NCBI GenBank assembly: GCA_003344405.1
Contig: NOWV01000177.1
Coordinates: 62,001-126,000, forward strand
Reading direction: 5' to 3'
DNA length: 64,000 bases
Source of the DNA: Trichoplax sp. H2
Taxonomy: Eukaryota
Positions 40,508-53,500 of the stretch are shown piece by piece; positions within the stretch are counted from its first letter, which is position 1; each line of letters starts with the position of its first letter. A model generated the notes under the pieces. That model did not search any database, was not told the origin of the DNA, and worked only from the letters and a program-made list of their open reading frames with translations. Position numbers and translations under genes: made by a program.

Positions 40508-41986
40508 ATGGCACAAAACTCGGACAACCCCTCGAATGATGAAAATGTTTGTTCAATCGCATTTCATTGAATGGATAACTTTACTCTCTAGCTAGTAATG
40601 ACAATCCAAAATATTAGGATTAGGCTTACGTTACCTTGTGAACCTTACATAAAAGCAGTATCGGGATACAACCATTGCATTTACTTTCTCAAATTTGTCC
40701 ATTCAATGGATTAATTTATCATTTTCGATTGCAATCTTTGCACATACAATCTCTTAGTGAGCCTGATAGTATAATATGGTCTTAACTTATCTTATCTACA
40801 ATCAATCTTAACTATTTTCATTTTATCCTTATATCCCGAGTAACTATACTTTACGTAAGCGTAGCCGTCTGTCTTACCTTATTTTATCAACAGGAAAGTC
40901 CTAACTTTTTCCTTTTTACATGCGCCCTCAACAAATGCAATCTTTGCAGACATAATGCGATAGTTAGCTAGATGTTGTGGTCTGATTGACCAAAAGCGAA
41001 CGCCTAATCTTTTCCCCTTGATTTAGGAGTATTATGTCGTCTTACAATTGCCTGATTCCGCCGTGGCTGGTGATACCTTACGCGTCTCTGTATGCTATTA
41101 AAACTGAATATTTAGCGTGTTCAATTATTTTTAGTAGTTGATGATAATATCAAAAAAGTCATTTTGTAATTTTCATCCTATGATACTTTACCATCCACCC
41201 TTTCTTTAATTCGACTAGCTACTATGAATACTGTCTCATCGATAATATCAACGGTATTGGTTAAGGAAAAAGCAATGATTTGCTAAGGATCAATTACTGT
41301 GCTATCTATTTATGAATAGGGTATCCAAACTAGCCAGCCTACACTACAACACATGTCTAACCTGTACGTTGGAGAATATAAAAGTAAGTATCCTCAAACA
41401 TGCTTTTTAGGAATTGCTTAGCCAAACTCGTAATACAATATTTTTATACACTTGGTTAACAAACATGATATCAATGTGATAAGCTACTGCCTTACCTTTA
41501 GTACTTACTACTATTTTAGACTTGACTTATAAATATCGTTAAATTAAATCATCTATTTTAATGTACAAGCATATACTTTTATATCCAAACTAATATGCAT
41601 AGTTACACTCTTTGAATATTCTGCACTATTATTAGATTCTACAGGTACCAATTTAATATTCGAACAAGATCAATGTAAGTATTCATTGTAATTTCGTTAT
41701 CATGACAATTTCATGCTTTGAAAATGAATATTTAATCCAAATTTCAAATGGTAACTTAGATGACAAACAGCATCGCCACATATCTACTACAGCCAAAATA
41801 CTTCATGCAACAGAGGCCGTTTTGAAGCCAAAGTCAGACAGTAAGTGCATCCTATGGCCGATAATGATAATACACGTATTGACTTGTCAATCATATAATC
41901 ATCCTTTACCGATCTTAACATTTGTGATGCTATGTGATTTTAATACAGTTAAGGTTACAGAAAAAAATAATCCGGAAGAAACGTAA
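40508..41986 (+). CDS. GTF3C6: TFIIIC subunit 6-like (TFIIIC35) small protein
   Basis: Phase-consistent exons 40508-40546, 41027-41089, 41320-41383, 41636-41674, 41760-41840 and 41949-41986 give ...EYYVVLQLPD...LRVSGIQTSQPTLQHMSNLYVGEYKNSTGTNLIFEQ...STTAKILHATEAVLKPK. This matches the remembered family pattern GIxTxxPxLQ...GEYxxxxGTxxIFE. Confidence 0.75.
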
Positions 41987-42791
41987 TTGGGTTAGGGATA
42001 CAATACAACTTCTAGCTTTAAACATGCCGTATATAAATGATTGTATATTTTTTTAAATGTAAAAGTGTTAATGATTCCGTTTTGAGTGGAGCTAATTGTA
42101 TAAATGATTGCTATCTTCATGCACTGCAGTGCTGTATCGATATTATAACTACACTTTATATCATAAAGTTTTTAATTTTTCCTTCGATATTAAAAATATG
42201 TAACATATACCTGCTACAGTATATCGACAGCGAATTACGGTGACTTGCCAAATTGTGACTAGGTAGTATTATCAAGAAGATCTTAGAAATGATGGTAACA
42301 GATTCAATTAATACCAATATCAAAGTAACAGGCCATCCAGTAAGTTTATTATAATTGTCTTATGCTGCCTTGTTACCTTTCTGCTGATGAAATAAGAATT
42401 ATATATCAAATTTCACTTAGATAGGGATAGCAAATTATAAATGTTATCACTAGTAATTCGTATCGAATCATAGTTATGCACAGTCAGTATCTGAAAAATA
42501 TCATCATAAAATGTTATAACGAAATGTAAAAAGCGTTATTGATTAAGTAATTTTTTTGCCAATACATGAACTGATTGATCTTTAGCCATGTATTAGAATC
42601 ACTGAGAGTGCAAAAATATTGCATATTTTAAAGCCCAATGAATCGTTAAAACGATTACCAGTTTTCAATATGAGGCCGTTAGAGCGAAAATCCTCAAATA
42701 TAAATGTCTATTGCAAAGTTCTGTATGATAATCATCATTTAGATAAATAAATTAATTTCTGATATTGAATATAAAGAGGGCAAATTCGAAA

Positions 42792-45700
42792 TTAATTTTG
42801 AGATTTTACTACTCGAGCTTCATTGTCTTCGTTATCGCTTGGCAAAAGCATGAGCACTGAGGTGTCCATTTCGACGTCGCTTTCTATACCCCAGCCGGAG
42901 CCGTAGCTAATTCTGGGGTAAGCTGGCTCTCCGTGGATTGGTACATCCAAACCTACTCGTGATAAAATCACAAAATGTATATATCAATAAATAGACGATA
43001 GCATGTGCTATCGATAATTATCCGATACTTTGATTACTAATTATATATTAATATACAACTATCGTGACATTACTAACACAATATATTCAACTCAGTCCTA
43101 CTATATAAATGGCAACTGTACTTTAACCACATCGATCACATGCAAATTTGACTAATTTTTTAAAATAGTTTAAGCAGCCTAAACTAATCGTTTGATTATA
43201 TGCATAACTGGTGAACTACACTATCAAAACACTTACTAAACTAGCATGACTTTCAGTTGTCGTTCGGCTTTTAATAGGGTATAATAGGGATAAACAAGAA
43301 GTATAATAGCATAAAAACGGTGAATAACATATCTTTACCTTTAATTTCTATCTCTTCGCTAACACGTAAATAACCCGTCTTTTTCAAGATTAAAAACATC
43401 AATCCAGATGTTGCTGAGGTCCATGTGAGGATAGCAAGTAATCCTAACATGTTCCAACCAAATTGTAACCATGACGTTTTATCCATATGTCTATAAAATA
43501 GGCCAGTTTTAAAGTTGAATAAAGACTGAGCGATCATTCCCCATATTCCAGCATTTAAGTGAACTAAAAATATTAAACGTTGGTTTTATAATCCATTTCC
43601 ATATTTTACAATTGTCAAGAAATCGAGAAATTTGCATATAATAGTTTGTTAAATAGCATAATTTCATTCACAGTACTGAAGGTTTCAGACTTTCAATAAA
43701 ATTATCTGTATTTAAATACTCCTACTATAGATAGCCGTAAAAGCTTACCTGAGATAGCATCCAAAGGATCGTCAATCCGAAATTTTAATATTGCCCAACT
43801 CCAAACCATAAATGTTAGTCCAGCAATTGCTCCGATGAGTAGAGCGGCCCATGGATAGATGCTATTACATGATGCACAGACAGATGCCTAAATGAAGTGC
43901 ACATTAACATTATTTAATTTTTCATCAGCTCTTTGATCAGATTCAATCTATCCTAAGTGAAGATCTAAATTTATCTAGGTATTAGATCCTAATGAACAAG
44001 AGTACATAGATTAAAAATTTCGATCGATTACTCTATGCTTGTAATTTAGTCATAAAATAGCTAAATATGCAATCTAGCAAAACATTTAGCTCGCGATTCT
44101 GACTTACAATCCCTGTTATAAGTCCATTGATACAAGTTAGCAAACTCCAATGGTTCGATAGTTTTGGATGGAGTCGCTTAGTGAATAAAGCAACAATGGC
44201 GCCACCAGAACCAGCTAATATAGAATTGATACCAATCAGTGCAATTTTAGGAGCGTCAAGAGAGCCATTTACGCGAAAGTAAGAGCTAACATTGAAAGTT
44301 ATCAATCCAAAAGCCAGAATAAACCCACCCAGAGCAACAAACTATAGTATTCAAAAAGGTGAATGGATAAATAATTCGTGATATAATTACTTTTATATCG
44401 CTATATTTATATGAAGTATCATCGATTTCTCCTATGGATCTATCCGACACTGAAAAGATTAACTCCCAAAACATAAGCTAGATAAATCATTATAGCGCTA
44501 TTAGTTCCTAAAGATAGCAACTAGATTAGAAATTATTTATAAACATAGAAAGAATCATTATTAAGACTAACTGGAACAGTATGGCCAGGCAAATTTTTAG
44601 GATTGCCATTTTTATCGAATCGCCCAAGTCGTGGACCCAGAAATAGAGCTCCAATTAAAGCGCACATACCTCCAACTCCATGTATTAAAGAGCTGCCAGA
44701 AAAATCCTTCGTGATAATCGTTAGATTCAAAAGAAGAATGGTTATAGTAAATTTGTTTGCATATAATGTAATAAATAATAAATTATTACAGTAAGTTTCA
44801 TTAATTTGTAGTCTAACCTGGTAACTTGCTCCAGGTACGCCAATCATAAGCCATCCATGAGGATCCCATGCCCAGTGTGAAGCAATTGGATAGATGAAAG
44901 CTATACGACAAATAGATAATCCTTTTAAAGACGGTTGTAGTATTTCTCTACTTTAGAATTTTATCCTCTTACTTTTACATTTCTTATTAGAAATATTGAT
45001 GGCTATGGCAACATCAACATTAAAATAAATCATATCCAAAAAAACTGCAGCCATAGAACTTGCACTTACAGGTAATAACAGCAGAATAGACTAGATAAGA
45101 TGTAAATTTAATTCTTTCAGCAACAGCTCCACTGACAATACTAGCTGCAGTAGCTGCATAAACGTAATTACACCACCAAAAAGAATAGCCGGGCCCGGGT
45201 AAATTAATGAGTAGGAAGTATTTTGTGCCAATAAATGTGTTACCATCTCCAAAAGCGAACGCGTAACCAACAGCCCAATATGAGATAGCTCCGATAACTA
45301 CGTTAAAATTGATAGTTTGGTATAGTTATAACCAATAAAATCTCATATCTATTTTCTACTTACGCATATCCACTACATTCTTAATAAGAATATTGGTTGT
45401 ATTCTTAGATCGAACGGAACCAGCTTCTAAGAAGGCAAATCCCGTTTGCATAACTATTGAGTAAGGAAAAGAACGGTTATCGCAAAATGCTCATCCTTAA
45501 CGTTGAACGTAATATTTTAGTCTATTCCAGGAACACTCAATTATGTATATTTAAAGGTCAGAAAAGCAGTTTTTAAGTTGCAATGAAAGTTTATGTATTC
45601 TTAATATTACGATACGCTGAATAAGTATATAGTTGTAGACATAGAAGTGTATCTTGAGCGTATATTGATGACTTCAATATCACGATCGTATATGTATGTA

Positions 45701-46959
45701 AGTTTTCGGTTTCAAGCATACCTTAAAGCCTATTTTTCTCATATAGTTCGCAATCACAATAAATGAGTGATTGATTAAGTATGGATACACAAATTAATTG
45801 AGTAGAAATTTAAATACAGTCTCTGTTATCCCCAAAATAGCCGTGTCATATGTAATGCACCATACTGCAGAAAATTGTTTAGCAATTCAATTTATCTGTC
45901 TATTTTCTGTCTGTTTAAATTTTACCTATCCATCTACATATGAATTCATATCAATCTATTTCCTCTTATTTAACTATATAACGCATTCTTTGCAATGATC
46001 TACATATATAGATACATACAGTTCCGTGCATTTATTTACATTCATGCTTAATTATCTCTCAAGCTTCATCTAGGAGTATTTATCATTTTATATTCGTATA
46101 TCTAGTCAGCTACTTCATTTATCTTCAGGGATATAATATAGTTTGACGATAAAGTGTAAATAAGAAAATTCTAACAAGTCAATTAAGTTCAAGTAAAAAG
46201 GTATATTAATTTTCACAGATGGTTTTAAAATCTGTACTATCCGATCTGTTTTTAACGATATGACACGACAATATGGTGTAAAACAGGATAAAATCTTGGC
46301 GGTAAGAATGAAATAAAGAAGGCTTTACGTAAATGATATTTGATTAAAAAAACGTTTTTCAGTCTGCCTAGTCCATCTATTCGTATTTTGTATTTTCTTA
46401 TTTATATTAACATCTAGTTTAATATGAAATATAGTTGAGCTAAACATGCCAACTAACATTAAATATATATATATGCAGATATGAAATCAAATAAGTGTAG
46501 AACAGATTTAAGGGAAAAATTAAAATCAGCCTGGCGGCGTCCATCAATTCAGTATTCCCTTGAGAATACGCGTAGTCTTATGAAAACCTATAAAATACTA
46601 TATAAATTAATGAAAAAAGCGGACCACATCCCTGTTGAAATACGTTAAATCGAATGTATCTGATTTTGAAGTTATATGTACTGATGTAAGGTGTTTGTAT
46701 CACTTTCTTAAAAACCAGCAGCAAGATCGATATAATTCTATCTACAGTGTACGAACTAGTCAAATGCATGCCATATGTTATTTCTATATATCAAAGTCAA
46801 AATAAGCTTTAAATATGTATTTCCTACTAACTTACAGAAAACGATAAGGCCAGTAACGATGTGAAAGATTCCTATTACATTATATTCTAGCGTATTTAAT
46901 TGCCACGGATTCTTTGTCGATGTTACGTTGGAAGCGATCAATATCCCACTCGTTGACAT
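42792..46959 (-). CDS. amt: Ammonium transporter (Amt family), paralogue A, 9 exons
   Basis: [87 protein letters not shown]. Both pore His residues are present. Confidence 0.95.
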
Positions 46960-49900
46960 CTTACAGTGGATTAAGGCTAGATATGGTTGCTCATCAATTT
47001 GTAAAATTAACGAATTGCTTAAGACTTAATCCGCTATACTTAAAGCTAAACTATCATATCACCGCCCTACAGTTAAATCGACTATCACGTTAATTTTAAA
47101 TTGATAAACTAGAATAACGTAAAGAATTCAGAATCCACAAACTTTAATTCCCTTTGGATATACATAATCAGTCGCAGATGATGATACAATCTTATTTAGA
47201 GCCGCTTCCATAAATATTAAAACAAATGCATGCAATGACTATATTCCAATGATCAGCAGTTGGTCTAGCCTAACCTATTTACTTTTTAATAGTAGAACAA
47301 AGCTAACCCAGCCGCCATTGTCATCTATTTTATCATCTTAAATCACATAATACAACTATTGATTTATTATTTGTACAGAATTCAGCGGTTATTATATTGT
47401 TAACTTGATCAATACACTTTTGATTACAGATTTGGCCATGGTAACCAAGCACAAAGAACTCTCATCGACTCTTTATATATACGCGAATTATATATTAGAT
47501 GATTGGATTTATCAGCAGTCCTCCTTTCTTAATTAAATGTACTCTTAGGCTCTTTATTCTGTAAGCTTGAATAGTTGTGCTATTACTAAAGGTATTTAAC
47601 TTCATAAATTAATTACTGAAAGTACTTATTGCAGTAAACTACAAGTGTATCCATTCAATCGATATTATCTTCATGCGTTACTTCAAACAGTAAGCAATTG
47701 GAAAGACCTTCGCCCTCCATATACTGTAATATTAGATTGCTAAGCCTTTATTTACATCATTCATTTACTGTATCCAGAAACGTGTATTGTAAGATTTTAA
47801 ACAATTACTGACAGAATTTAAATAACTTAGTTCTATAATATTTGAGATAGTTATTAAAAGCCATTTGCTAGGTGTGAATGAAGCATGTATGTTAATAAAA
47901 ATAAATAGTAACCGTATAGAAGTAAGATATCTATTTCTCCTCTATAATAAAAATTCGAAGGTCAGATTATGGATCTCCACGTACAGATATTAGCGATGAT
48001 AATTATGATGATTTATTATTATTATTTTTATACACTTTTACTGCCATTCCGGTAGTTGCAAGTAGATTTGGCGTTAATATCTTCGTCTACCTATGGTATT
48101 ATAGGTAATTGTCTTGATGTCGTTAATTATAAAGGTATGGAGTAGAACATTAGCTATCTGTTAATCCATCCCATCAGTTAATTATCGTAGCACTTACTTC
48201 CTTTCCATTTTGACTATACACTATTGGCTTGTTTCATAATAATATTAATATCTGTTTGTGTAAATAAATCCGTTGACTGATTGAACTGAATTGCAGTACG
48301 ACATTATTTCTCATTTTATACTATCGGCTTATCTTATAAGGAACTTGATCATCTTATTAGCAATAGAATCTTAATTCATTTTTTTTGTCGACTACATATT
48401 AAATTATGTACTGCGAATGCTCTGTCTTTGATAAATTAGATTTCCTGCTATACTACCTCGTAATAATTTTCCTAATTCTTTCAATTTCATTGTCTGTAAT
48501 AGAATTATGAGATCAAGATACCTGCTGATCATCCTGTCAGGTCATTGCTGTTGGATCATACTTTCTAGTAATGATTTCCATCATCAGTTTATTTCACAAC
48601 ATACACGTCTGTCACAACCGAGATTGCAGCACAAAAATTAGCGGGATTTTTCCTCTAAAGCAATCTTAACTATCTAAGCAACTAACAGTAAGCACACTTT
48701 AATCTACCAATTCTAGATTTGAGTTTTAGACGATAAAATGCTCAAGTTAAGAATCAAAACTTTATTTTAAATGCTATTTATTAAGTGGCCGATTAAGCTC
48801 GCAACTTGCAATCTTCCACTAAATACTGATGACCATCTATTATCGACTAACTTATCAACTCTCTCAATTAAGAACTTTGAGGCTTTTATATAAGCTCACA
48901 AACTTCGTTGGTGCAAAACAATAATAAATTTATAGCCAAATCTACATGCTGAATATAGTAAGAATTGCAGCACACTTTCAATCACATCTAATAGTAGTTA
49001 ATTAATGGCTAGGTGTTAATATATGATTCATTACTCACCAAAGTTATATCATTGATGACGCAATAATTAATTAATTGTCTCAGTGCCGTGCTGTAGATTT
49101 TTACTAATCTAAGAAATAATAATTAATCTTGAGATTTTACTGTTTATTTAAAATTTAAACTTTTTCCAAGGATCCATACTCGATCTTTGGTAGTAATTCA
49201 AAAATTGGCATTTTTAAGATTATTGAGTTACCGTTAATTTCAAACTGTTCAGAAGCGGATAAAAAGACGTCCATAGAATATTATAATATTAAATTCAGTA
49301 TCAGATGGGATCTGTCTTATTATATTTTGATTACACATCGCTAGCTAGCTGTGAGGCAAAATTGACTACTGTACTGGCCATGGAATACTGACCAATCAAC
49401 TTATTTCTCATAAACGGTTTTGTTTATTTGGTTCAAATATTGAAGTAATTTCTTTGTAGAATTACTAGAATTGATGCATAATGAAATATGACACGGATAA
49501 ATAGCTCAAAAGCGATGATCTCGTAATTGGTTTATTGCTAAAATTAAATATAAGCTCTTTAAAGCATTATCGATAAAGATGGAATATTTTAATTGGTAGT
49601 AATGATAGTTAGCCGCTCTACAACTTATTAGTTGTACAAAAGTGGCAACGCATCTAGAGTTGCTAATTGTTACAAGATGTTTTACTGCAGAAACGACTAA
49701 AAATGTAAGAAATAATGGTTTAATTAAATATTTACCATCTACCATATATCATCGATAATTTCTTTACCAATAAATATTTAGACTAGTATTTAAATCTAAT
49801 ATTTATCTACCTAACTGTAGGAACGAATGAAAGTGTAAGAGTAATGGTTTAATTGAATATACCATTAATACTTTACCGATAAATGTTTAGACAAGTATTT

Positions 49901-50552
49901 AGATCTAATATTCATATATCTAAGTATGGATTGGAATAACCAGAAATAGATCAACCGCTACAGTGAAATATAAAGTATATTAATATTAATTGGAAACTAT
50001 ATAGATATACTACTGTATTGATACGCTATTTCGATGGCAGTTCAATTTATTAACAAATTCTATAGCATCAGAAACTAATCTAGACCATTAAGACTCTTAA
50101 ATCTAAAGCTATAATCAAGATGATCCGTGGTTTATCACGTCAAAAACATATATCGTAAGCTTATCTCTACTACTTTACCGATATTAAGGTAATATTACTA
50201 CAATTGATCACACCTGAATTGAAATTGCCTAAAATATTGATGTTAATTCTTTTTCAATTTATTACAATAACTGCTATGCAATACATTCTAGTTTTTCGAG
50301 AAAAAAGCAAACTCTACCGCGATAAGCAACTACAACCCCAATTAGAACTAAGCCAGGATAATTAAAAATTTTCAGAGTTTTAAATTGTACTCATAAATCA
50401 CTTCAATTAAAGCTCTATTAATCGTAAAGAATATTAGCTAGTAAGAATACTTTACTGAAGAAAGATTGTCATATAGGTATTAATTCTGGATATTATCAAC
50501 AATCCGAACGATTCAGATTTTCGAGAGTAAGTTTAATTCCTTGTGATGCTGC

Positions 50553-53500
50553 TTATTCCTTCTCCTCTTGGTCCTGCTCTGGCACTGATGTTTTACGCTG
50601 TTTCAACAATATGATAGATTCTTCAACGTCGTAATCATCATCCATGCCCCAACCTGAACCATAAGCAGCTCTAGGATATGCAGGTTCACCATGAATTGGC
50701 AAATCTAAGCCTATTATATTATTGACAAGGAAAAATTTTAAGAATTGAATCTTGTCTCACATAATTTGATGTGATGCAGTTATAACAGCTTTTTTCTTGA
50801 CAATACCTTTCAATTCAATTTCTTCCGATACTCTGAACATTCCAAATTTATTAAGTAGGTAAAACATTAAACCAGATGTCAATCCAGTCCACAAAATAAT
50901 ACAACCTAATCCTAATAAGTTCCAACCAAATCGAGCCCACGATAAAGCAGTAAATCCAGTATAAAATATGCTAGTTTTAAAGTTGAAGATAGGCTGAGCA
51001 ATAACACCCCATATACCAGCACCCATATGCACTAAAAATTGAATAAGTAAATGGTTATATCGAATAATATTGACATCAATCAGCTATGATTATGCTTCGA
51101 TAGCGGTTATTTTACCGGCTGCAGCATCTAATGGATCATCGATTTTGCATCTCAGAAATATCTCACTCCAGCATACATAAGCAGTAGCAGCTATAGCACC
51201 AATTAGTAAAGCTGCCCAAGGATAAACCGCATTACATGATGCACAGATGGATACCTGTAAAATTAAATTTTAATCTTCAGTTCGAATCTTTCCTTAGTTT
51301 TTCATCTGAAAGTGATAAACTAGCGCTTCAATAAATATGGTCCCGGTACTAAAAATTAGCATATCCCAATAATTAATATCGTGATTTAATGCGAACGAAA
51401 TCAGTTCATGTTATCTTCGTATATATTTGCTTACTATTCCAGCAAGGCTGCCATTCAAACACACTAATAAACTCCAGCTATTACCACCTATCTTTGGGTG
51501 TAATCGTTTGATCAATAAGGCAGTTAAACCACCACCGGAGCAAGCCATAGCGGTATTGACAGCAATTAAAGCAGCAACTGGGCCACCACCGTAGAAAGTA
51601 ACACGGAATTGAGAACCAACATTGAAGCCAAATAATCCAAAAATAAGAATAAATCCACCAAGGGCAACAAGCTGTTCAAATGAAATTGAAGAATAGTTAA
51701 ACTCATTGCATATCTTAGTACCGCTAAAGGGCGTAAAAATATTTACTGAAAGTTGCTGTAGAAGTCTTATTTTTAAGTTATCGCTATTAAAAAACATTAA
51801 ACTTGCTAACTAATTTATATACGCTTATAAATAAAGTCTAATTGTGAAAATCGGTCCAGTACAGAAGATTATCATTTTTGCTAATAATATTTATGTAATT
51901 AATTATGAACATATACCCGATATAAATATCGTACGTATTTTAACTTATTTCGATTGGAATTGTAGACTCTTCGTTACATAGCGAGGAAATTGATTTAAAA
52001 AAGTATGAGTGTGACAACCAATTTGATGGAAAAAAGAACTACTTTTTTGCCAATTATGCAATCAATCATAACTATATAGTCTCTTCGAAGGAGATTGTAT
52101 AGATACTTTGGAACATAGCACAGAAACAGATTTTTAAAAAATATCTAATTATGAAAATCGGTCCGTTGGAGAAGAAGGCATATTCTTACCAATTATACAA
52201 TTAGTTATAGTAAGTATGTAGTATAGCCGATATTACTAAAGTACGAATTTTGATTTATATCAATAGATATTGTATAGATACTTTGGAGTACAGAGCAGAA
52301 CTTGATTTAAAAAAGTCTAATTGTGACAATCGGTCCGATCCGTTGGGCTAGAGGGTAAACTTTTACTAACTATGCAATAAATTATAAGTATATACAGTAG
52401 CTGATATTACTAAAGTACGTATTCTAACTTGTCTCGATAAATATAGTATAGATTTTTTAGAGCGTAGAGACAAAATTGATTTTAAAAATATCTAACTGTG
52501 ACTATCGATCTATTGAAGAAGAAAGTAAATTTTACAACGAGGTAATTACGCAATTATTTATAACAAGCTTATAGCCAATATTACTTAAGTGCGCATTTTA
52601 ATTTGTCTCAGTGGATATTGTATGGACACTTTGGCGCTTAGTGAAGAGATTGATTTTAAAATAAATTAAATTAAAGGAAGCATAAAATAATGAATAAAGA
52701 ATCGCACCGGAACGGTGTGGCCAGGTATCGTCTTGGGCTTGCCATTTTCATCAAATCGGCCAATTCGAGGTCCTAAGATGAAGGCTCCCGTTAATGATGT
52801 TACACCACCGACGCAATGAACGACACTACTACCAGCAAAATCCTACAAGCAGTAAAGAAAAGAATCTTTAAACTAAAGATTCCATAGCGAAAGATACCAG
52901 ATTTACTACTTATTGCATCTGTAGAAGAAATTATTGTTGGCTTGACAGAATATGCCTGCCATCAAAGCTTCTAATTCCCGAGAAGGTATTTATTAGTTTT
53001 ATTTACAGCTAATACGTGCAAATTAGAATTGTAGAGCTAAAAAAAGATGGCATCCTCTAAATCTGGTCCATTTATCTCTAGCGTAAACTTAACATACGAA
53101 TACTGTATAAAATCTAATGATAGAGGGTAAAATAAGTAAGGTATGGATGGGTGCTATAGCCTGAGGTTATCGCGAATTTGGCTTTATAAAAGTATCATGC
53201 TTTTTCTACCTCCTAATTACAAATGTCATTAACGAATTATAAAATAGGATTAAAATTTGCTGGACAGTAAATGCTAGAAATAATTTTTTCGAGTAGTAGA
53301 ATAAGTAGCTCTTACTTTATAGTAAAGATATCCGTTAAGAAAGTACTTTCCTTTAATATGGATAAAGATGTTTCAAAAAAGCATTATAAATAATTTTTGT
53401 CTATCAGATACTGTAAAGATAGATCTCCAGAATGTAACTGTAAAGTATTTTCTTATATAGATTCATTTTCGTGCTTTAATAAGAGCAACTATTTCCTTAT

